A DNA stretch of 64,000 nt from Candidatus Lustribacter sp. (GTDB lineage Bacteria > Vulcanimicrobiota > Vulcanimicrobiia > Vulcanimicrobiales > Vulcanimicrobiaceae), in assembly GCA_965277805.1 (NCBI GenBank), contig OZ255842.1:4416001-4480000 (forward strand), given 5' to 3'. The position numbers and the translations under genes were made by a program. Positions 57,747 to 64,000 of the stretch are shown here, in pieces. The notes beneath the pieces are model-generated. The model saw only the letters and a list, made by a program, of their open reading frames with translations, was not told the origin of the DNA and searched no databases. Position 1 is the first letter of the stretch. Each line of letters starts with the position of its first letter.

Positions 57747-58136
57747 TCACGCTTCGTCAACTGACCATTCTGGTGCGCGTCCACCATCGCGGTAAATTTG
57801 GTACGCGGGGTGTTCGCTAACGTAGATTGCAACGCGAAGCGGGTCGATTGCGAGATGCTCTGCGCAGAGCGCCGTGAAGGCCCGTCCGAGCGCCTCAACT
57901 GCTTCGGGCGAGCGACCCGCGCGCACGTCGCAGGTCACGACCGTCATTTCTTGCGCCGCATCGCCCGCAGCATCATAGCGAGCCACATCGTCCGGCTCAT
58001 AGAACGAGAATGCGACATTCACGATGCGATGCGTGGTTTGCATATGCTCGCCGTAGGCTTTCGCCAAGCCGGCGCCGAGGGCGCGGCGTACGGCCACTTC
58101 GGGGCGGCGCGATGTGTGCATGGTGACGAATGGCAT
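57747..58136 (-). CDS. Tautomerase superfamily protein (double beta-alpha-beta)
   Basis: N-terminal catalytic Pro (MPFVT), AGRSPE. Confidence 0.75.
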   Translation of the reverse strand: MPFVTMHTSRRPEVAVRRALGAGLAKAYGEHMQTTHRIVNVAFSFYEPDDVARYDAAGDAAQEMTVVTCDVRAGRSPEAVEALGRAFTALCAEHLAIDPLRVAIYVSEHPAYQIYRDGGRAPEWSVDEA

Positions 58137-58227
58137 CAGGGCTGCAAGGGGCTCCTTAACCGGCAGAATAGTAATGATAGCAGAGTGGCAGCCGGTTTAC
58201 CAAAAGCCTGCCGCCCCTAAGGAGACG

Positions 58228-59172
58228 TTGAACATGATTGCTCGAGGCCCGTTTCTTGCCGGCTCGGCGGCAGCATTGGGGGCCGCAGCCGGCGGTCGAG
58301 CCTCGGCCCAGACGCGAATCCCGTTGCATCTCGGAGCGGCGGCAAACGACAGCTTTGCCGAGGCGTACTATGCGCAGCAGCTCGGGTACTTCGACCGGGC
58401 CGGCTTCGATGTCGAGATCACGAATTTCGGCGGCGGTGCTCAAGTAACGACGGGCGTGGAATCAGGTGCCATCGACATCGGTATTTCGAGCGTCATCTCG
58501 CTCGCGATCGCAACGGTGCGCGGCTTGCCGTTCGTCTACATCGCCGGGGGCGGGATCTACACGGCCAACAAACCCACGCTCGCCCTTTGCGTCGCGAAGG
58601 ATTCGCCGTTGCACGGTGCCCGCGATCTCGAAGGCAAGACGGTCTCGATCTCGGGCATCAAGGATCTCACGCACCTCAGCGTCTTCGCCTACATGCTCAA
58701 GAGCGGTGCCGATCCGGCAAAGGTTAGTTTTATTGAATTGCCGTTCTCGCAAGTGGCGGCAGCTCTGGCGCGTGGCACAATTGCCGCGGGGATCATCTCC
58801 GAACCGTCGCTCTCAGCTGCGTTCGACGACGTACGTGTCCTAGCGTACGCCGAAAGTTATATCGCCAAGCGCTTGATGGTCGGCGGCTGGTTCTCTACGC
58901 TGGACTGGTTCCAGAAGAACACCGCCACCGCACGCGCGTTTGCTCGCGTGATCTACGATGCGGGGCGCTGGGCCAACGCCAATCAAGACAGATCGCTGCT
59001 GCTCTTACAGAAGTACGCGAAGCTCGAACCAAGCGCGCATCCGATGGCGCGGGCGGTCTTCCTCGAGTCATTGCCGCCGGACATGATCGACCCGACGCTG
59101 GAACTGGCCGGCCGCCTTAAATTCACCGACCGGCGCGTGCGCGCGTCGGAGATGATCGCTCCAGGAATGTAG
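58228..59172 (+). CDS. NitT/TauT-type substrate-binding protein
   Basis: AAGGAG RBS, GYFDRAGFDV, RDLEGKTV, RWANAN. Confidence 0.9.
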   Translation: MNMIARGPFLAGSAAALGAAAGGRASAQTRIPLHLGAAANDSFAEAYYAQQLGYFDRAGFDVEITNFGGGAQVTTGVESGAIDIGISSVISLAIATVRGLPFVYIAGGGIYTANKPTLALCVAKDSPLHGARDLEGKTVSISGIKDLTHLSVFAYMLKSGADPAKVSFIELPFSQVAAALARGTIAAGIISEPSLSAAFDDVRVLAYAESYIAKRLMVGGWFSTLDWFQKNTATARAFARVIYDAGRWANANQDRSLLLLQKYAKLEPSAHPMARAVFLESLPPDMIDPTLELAGRLKFTDRRVRASEMIAPGM

Positions 59173-59202
59173 CGTCAGCTGGAAAAATCGGATTGCGTTC
59201 GG

Positions 59203-60000
59203 CTATGGCGCGGGCTTATAGGCGATCGCCATCAGGTGTGAGCTCGCACCGATAAGCGTAGGCTCGCTCTCGACGCGTCGTAAGAAGTCGAGGATCACCG
59301 AGCGTTGCTGCGGATCGGCCCAACCCGGAATACGTCTGCTGCTCCAAATCGGACCTTCGATGCCCGCAACGGTTCGGACTTCAAACCCGCTTTCGCTGAC
59401 CTCGCTGCGCAGTTCGTCCGGATGATGGAAGAACGTGTGGGGGAAATACTGTGGCGCACCAACGCCGTTGTGGACCCCGTCCTCGAGGTCGCGCGTGACG
59501 ATTGCCTGATAGACCGGATCGGCGATAAAATCACGCTCGATACCATCGATGAGCCCCGCAAACCGGCTGACCGCGGCCGCGAGTAGAACGCCTCCCGCGC
59601 GCAACACGCGCCACGCTTCGCTTAACGCCTGGAGCCGCTCCACGCGTTGAACAAGATGGTAGAGCGGCCCGAGAAGCAGTACCGCATCCGCCGTTGCATC
59701 CCCGAAATCGAGCGTGCGGGCGTCCCCGACGGTACAGCTCGCGAGGCTTTTCTGGATGTCCGCTCGGCGTGCGTGTTCAATGTGGTGTTCCATCGCATCG
59801 ATCAAATGGACGTCATAGCCTTGATCGGCGAGGGGTAAGGCATACACGCCGGTTCCGCCGCCGACGTCGACAATGACCGCGGGACTCGCCGGAAGATACC
59901 GCGCGAGGATATCAAGCGTCCGCGCCCGCTCGACATCAGTTGATCCGCCGTCATCGAGGCGACTGCTTTCGTCGTAAAACTCGCGATAGAAACGTTCCAC
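59203..60000 (-). CDS. Class I SAM-dependent methyltransferase
   Basis: VDVGGGTG, GDAR, LLGPLYHL. Confidence 0.9.
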   Translation of the reverse strand: MERFYREFYDESSRLDDGGSTDVERARTLDILARYLPASPAVIVDVGGGTGVYALPLADQGYDVHLIDAMEHHIEHARRADIQKSLASCTVGDARTLDFGDATADAVLLLGPLYHLVQRVERLQALSEAWRVLRAGGVLLAAAVSRFAGLIDGIERDFIADPVYQAIVTRDLEDGVHNGVGAPQYFPHTFFHHPDELRSEVSESGFEVRTVAGIEGPIWSSRRIPGWADPQQRSVILDFLRRVESEPTLIGASSHLMAIAYKPAP

Positions 60001-60599
60001 TAGACGCGTTTCATTCTCTTGGAGAGGAAGTCGTCGTTCAATCCTTTCCCTTTGAGAATCCCCGGCGTGGATTTCTCAATCCTGGATGTCCGCGTTTTCG
60101 ATTGCTTGGGTGCAGAAAAGTAAAAGACGTACGCTCGCTGCCGTCCCGGAGTTAACGCCTCGAACGCTTTTTTCAACGCGGGTATTGCGCCGAATTTCTG
60201 CTGCAGTTCTTCCGGAATCGTGAAATCCGTTTTATATTCTACTTCCAGGCCGGCCTTTTCAACTTTAATGGCTTGCCGAATGTAGTTTTTCAAGACCGGT
60301 TCCATCTTCGCAATTCCACTGAGATCGGTAAAACGGATCTGACGTCCTGACTGCAGCTGACCCGGTCTGACCAGGATGCCCTTGACGTCTTTAAGCAAAG
60401 CACCTTTGAAAAATCCGAGGACGCAGTAGTCCTTAAAGGGCCCGATGATCACGACGTTCTTGCCGTCAACCGTGTAGCACGGCTTCCCCCACTTCAATTC
60501 TTCGGTCAGACCACAGGAGAGAACGATCGTTCTCAATCGTGCCATTTCAGGTTGCCACTTCTTACTCTTCTTGAAAAAGCCATCGACCTTAGGGTTCAT
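60000..60599 (-). CDS. YdeI/OmpD-associated (DUF1801) family protein
   Basis: LTEELKWGKPCY, FFKGALL, FEALTPGRQRAY. Confidence 0.92.
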   Translation of the reverse strand: MNPKVDGFFKKSKKWQPEMARLRTIVLSCGLTEELKWGKPCYTVDGKNVVIIGPFKDYCVLGFFKGALLKDVKGILVRPGQLQSGRQIRFTDLSGIAKMEPVLKNYIRQAIKVEKAGLEVEYKTDFTIPEELQQKFGAIPALKKAFEALTPGRQRAYVFYFSAPKQSKTRTSRIEKSTPGILKGKGLNDDFLSKRMKRV

Positions 60600-60696
60600 G
60601 GGCCGCGGAGTTCGGCGGGCAGCTTGTCATATCCGGGATGCCTTCGGTGCCGAGCCGAAAAAAGAGAGCTGCATAGTATTTGGCTAAGGAGCGCTC

Positions 60697-61599
60697 ATGG
60701 CAGACACGATCAGGCTCTCAAGTGTTGAGGGTGCAGGTAACTGGTGGAAATCGCTGACCTGGGCGGGCGAGGCATTGAAGAACGGCGGACTTCAAGTCGA
60801 GATGACCCGCTATGGAATTGGTGCGAGCGAACCGCTCCTGCGTGTTGCCGCGGGCGATGCCGATCTCGCCTGCACGCTCTCAGTTGCCGCAGCGCAGGCA
60901 GCGAAAGGGCTCGGCTTGCACAAAAACGGTGAGGCGACCTCGATCCGCGGGCTGGCCCACTTGATTCGACCGAACCAGCATTACTACAACATGATTCGGA
61001 CGGATGTCGGCATTCGATCACTTGCGGAGATTGCCGAGAAAAAGCCGAAGCTCGATATGTCGATCGGAGAAAAGGAATACGTTTCCGGCCAGATTCCGGA
61101 AGTCTACATGCGTCACTACGGCGTCGAGCTCTTTCGCGATATCGAAGCGTGGGGCGGAAGTTTCCAAACGTCCCATCCGAACACGATCCCGCTCATCGCG
61201 CAGGGCAAGAGCAACGCACTGATGCGCGAGGACACCGCGGCCGGTCCCGCCGGCGTTGCCGCGCAACTCTTCCCGTTCGTCTTGCTGCCGCTCGACGAGG
61301 ACATCGCCGATCTCATCGCGCGCGATTACTGCGCACCGAAGGTGACGATTCCGGCCGGCACCATACACGGTCAAAAAGAGCCGTGCCTCACGGTGACCAA
61401 CCCCGGCTTCGAGCTCGTCGTAAACAAAGATTTGCCCGACGACGTCGCCTACCGGATGGCGAAGGCGCTCGATCAATCGAGCGTCGAGGCGTTTGCAGCC
61501 CAAGACGTCTTCTACAGCGTGCGCCATGCACCGAAGTCGACCGCCCCGCTCCACCCCGGAGCAGCCCGCTATTATCGCGAACAAGGCGTGCTAAACTAG
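60697..61599 (+). CDS. TAXI-family TRAP solute receptor-like protein lacking an obvious signal peptide
   Basis: IPAGT, LVVNKDLPDDVAY, PLHPGAARYYRE; AAGGAG RBS. Confidence 0.8.
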   Translation: MADTIRLSSVEGAGNWWKSLTWAGEALKNGGLQVEMTRYGIGASEPLLRVAAGDADLACTLSVAAAQAAKGLGLHKNGEATSIRGLAHLIRPNQHYYNMIRTDVGIRSLAEIAEKKPKLDMSIGEKEYVSGQIPEVYMRHYGVELFRDIEAWGGSFQTSHPNTIPLIAQGKSNALMREDTAAGPAGVAAQLFPFVLLPLDEDIADLIARDYCAPKVTIPAGTIHGQKEPCLTVTNPGFELVVNKDLPDDVAYRMAKALDQSSVEAFAAQDVFYSVRHAPKSTAPLHPGAARYYREQGVLN

Positions 61600-61630
61600 A
61601 GCCTGTTGTCGCGGCTTCGACATCCGCTCT

Positions 61631-62806
61631 TTAGCCCCAGCGGGGCAGTGAGTCGGGGTCTACGCCCAGAGCCAGCTTACCGACGACCTCATGCGAGAGC
61701 ATCGAGTTAGCCGGGTGAAAGCGGCCGGCGCGCGCATCGCGGAATAGACGTTCGAGTTCACTTTTCTTGAACATCCCGAACCCGCCCGAGACGTCCATCG
61801 CACGATCGACGATACGCCAGGCGCCTTCAACCGCACGATACTTCGCCGCGATAATTTTGACGGGCCAGTCAGGGTGCTGAACGCCATCCGACCAATCGCG
61901 CGCGAGCATTTCGAGTTGCGCGGTGATTGCTTCAAGTTCCATTACCATCTCGGCTACGCCGTGCTGGATCTCGGGATGATAGGCCATCGAGCGCGTCATC
62001 GCCATCGAGGCCTTGCCTTTGACGTGCTCGACCGTGAGTTCCAGCGCGCGTCTCGCGAGGCCGCAATAGACATTTGCGAACCCGGTGAGGGCCCACGCGA
62101 AGATCGAAAGCACGAAGAGATCCGCGCCCGCCAAGCCCGACGGTAATACGCGCGCGATGCGCTCGTCCGGGATGAACGCGCCATCCAGCTCGGTATCGTC
62201 GCTGCGCGTCGCACGCATTCCCATGACGTCCCACGTGTCTTTGATCGAGTAACCCTTTGCGTCACGCGCCAGAAAGCCGTGGACGATTTTCGGCGCTGTG
62301 GGGTCGCTCGTGTCCATACCGTGCATCCCGAAGCGCGTCCAAACGGGGGTCAAACTGCCAAACGATTTGCGCCCGGTAAACTCGTAGCCCCCGGCAACGC
62401 GCTTGGCGGTGGTCAGCGACATGAAAAGCGAGGTCTCGTTCCCCGCCTCGGCGTGCCCCGCCGCGAACACTTCACCGGCCGCGGCGTCACGCAAGATCCA
62501 ATCAACGGACTTATCGCCCGTGCGTGAGACGTCGGCCGCTAAACCAATCCAATAGGTATGCATGTTCAAGCCGAGCGCCGTCGCCGGCGCATATTCGGCC
62601 AGCGCGCGCGTCTCCCGTGCCGACTCCGCGAGATTGAAGCCGAGGCCGCCGAGTTCGCGTGGCACCGCCATCTTCAAGTACCCGGCGGATCGCAGATCTT
62701 CGAAGTCTTCGTGGAAGAAGCGATTGTCTCGATCGTATCCGGCAGCTCGGGATCGTAGTTCCTCGAGTACCTCGGTGGAAAGAAGCGGTCGTCTCGCGAC
62801 GTTCAT
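61631..62806 (-). CDS. Acyl-CoA dehydrogenase family protein
   Basis: VPRELGGLG, GRKSFGS, WDVMGMRATRS, LERLFRDARAG. Confidence 0.9.
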   Translation of the reverse strand: MNVARRPLLSTEVLEELRSRAAGYDRDNRFFHEDFEDLRSAGYLKMAVPRELGGLGFNLAESARETRALAEYAPATALGLNMHTYWIGLAADVSRTGDKSVDWILRDAAAGEVFAAGHAEAGNETSLFMSLTTAKRVAGGYEFTGRKSFGSLTPVWTRFGMHGMDTSDPTAPKIVHGFLARDAKGYSIKDTWDVMGMRATRSDDTELDGAFIPDERIARVLPSGLAGADLFVLSIFAWALTGFANVYCGLARRALELTVEHVKGKASMAMTRSMAYHPEIQHGVAEMVMELEAITAQLEMLARDWSDGVQHPDWPVKIIAAKYRAVEGAWRIVDRAMDVSGGFGMFKKSELERLFRDARAGRFHPANSMLSHEVVGKLALGVDPDSLPRWG

Positions 62807-64000
62807 AAAGCTGCCCGTTGCCAATGAACCGGCGCTGTCTCGCGCAGTAAACAACTGTTTGCGCAACCGATCACGAGCGCCACAACTGCTAACGGCAAGG
62901 TCGACTGGATGCCATAGTTCTGCGCGATAATGCCGGCGATGACCGGCATTGCACCGCCGCCGAAAATTTCGCCGATGCAAATGACGAGACCGGTGGCGGC
63001 GGCCATCAGCGTGACAGGAACGGATTCTCCACTTATCGGTCCTACGGTAAGGGTGATCAGCGCGAAGTTGAAAAAGTGCGTCACGAAGAGAAAACCGAAC
63101 AACGCGGCCGGGGAACCTCCTGTATTGGTGAAACATACGAGGGAGATCGCGGCACCGATTGACGACGCGATCATCACCGGCCTTCGGCCGACGCGATCCG
63201 AAATCATCGGCATGATCACGTTTCCTGCGGTTCCGCCAAAGCCGATCGCTGAAACGACGAAGCCCATCTGCGGCAGACTGAGGTGCAGATAATCCAGAAG
63301 ATAATTAGGTAATAGAGCGCTCGTTACCATGAGACAGCTGATCCAACACAGCATGCCAACGATATTGTGAATGACGTTTCTATTTCGAAAGAGAGAAGTC
63401 CATTTCGCCGACGCGACGTCGGGCACGATGTCGTTTTCGAACCTCGCGAGTTGCGATGACCGTCGAAGCACGAAGTACATAAGTGCCACGATAACGAGGC
63501 CGAATGGCGTCACCATCAAAAAAATCCAGCGCCAGCTTACGTTCTGAAGAAGTTGGGTTACGATGAGCGGCGCGAGCGCGAGGCCGCATAGGGGGAGCAT
63601 CATCTGTTGAATCCCGACGTTGAGTCCTCGACGCGCAGGCTTCGACGCCTCGAGGGTGGCGGTTATTGCAGGCGCAGTGTACGCTCCGTCGGCAAATCCC
63701 ATGCACGCTCGAACGAACAACAACGTGATTAAACTCGATGCAAGCCCGCTGATCCCGACCAATAGCGAAAAAATCAGCGTCGTCGCGATGACCACCTTGC
63801 GCCGGCCAAGATGATCTGAAATGGTGCCGGAAAAAAATGCCGCAATACCCCAGGCGATTGAAAGGACGCCCGTAATCAGGCCGATATCTTGATACCCAAG
63901 ATGCAAATCTTTTGCTATCGCGGGAAACATCGGAATGATCATAAATCTATCGAGTCCGACGAGACCAAAACCGAGTGCAAGCAACGTTACCGTCTCGAAT
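62803..64000 (-). CDS. MFS transporter (5' end beyond the window)
   Basis: GLDR, SDHLGRRK, WRWIF, SDRVGRRP. Confidence 0.9.
   Translation of the reverse strand, partial: FETVTLLALGFGLVGLDRFMIIPMFPAIAKDLHLGYQDIGLITGVLSIAWGIAAFFSGTISDHLGRRKVVIATTLIFSLLVGISGLASSLITLLFVRACMGFADGAYTAPAITATLEASKPARRGLNVGIQQMMLPLCGLALAPLIVTQLLQNVSWRWIFLMVTPFGLVIVALMYFVLRRSSQLARFENDIVPDVASAKWTSLFRNRNVIHNIVGMLCWISCLMVTSALLPNYLLDYLHLSLPQMGFVVSAIGFGGTAGNVIMPMISDRVGRRPVMIASSIGAAISLVCFTNTGGSPAALFGFLFVTHFFNFALITLTVGPISGESVPVTLMAAATGLVICIGEIFGGGAMPVIAGIIAQNYGIQSTLPLAVVALVIGCANSCLLRETAPVHWQRAAL

Noticed and set aside
1-64000. CRISPR array, tRNA/rRNA, prophage, integrase or defence system
   Set aside because: No regularly spaced repeats, no RNA-gene signatures in the short intergenic gaps, and no recognisable phage, recombinase or nuclease genes

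Overview
A high-GC, very gene-dense bacterial chromosomal segment with about 70 CDS. I see no rRNA, tRNA, CRISPR array or intact mobile element. It is dominated by small cassettes for catabolism of aromatic or heterocyclic compounds: two phthalate-dioxygenase-type Rieske oxygenases, a UbiD decarboxylase with a three-subunit molybdenum hydroxylase and a bicupin, an orphan Mo subunit, LigB/LigA-type and VOC extradiol dioxygenases, flavin monooxygenases, four amidohydrolases and four SDRs. Scattered among them are 13 solute-binding proteins (10 NitT/TauT-type, 2 branched-chain-type, 1 TAXI), with no permease or ATPase partner anywhere in the window. Regulatory signals readable in the DNA include an ECF41 promoter before a CMD/AhpD-sigJ pair, a MarR-type and a MocR-type operator, leaderless sigma70 -10 boxes, and a recurring GG(A/G)-N17-C(A/C/G)AA upstream motif that may mark an undescribed alternative-sigma regulon. 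Decay is visible as a nonsense-interrupted flavin monooxygenase, an RsbW-like kinase remnant and an IS21-like HTH stub. The overall style suggests Candidatus Eremiobacterota (WPS-2), but that is inference only. All family calls come from motif recognition by eye; no database search was run.
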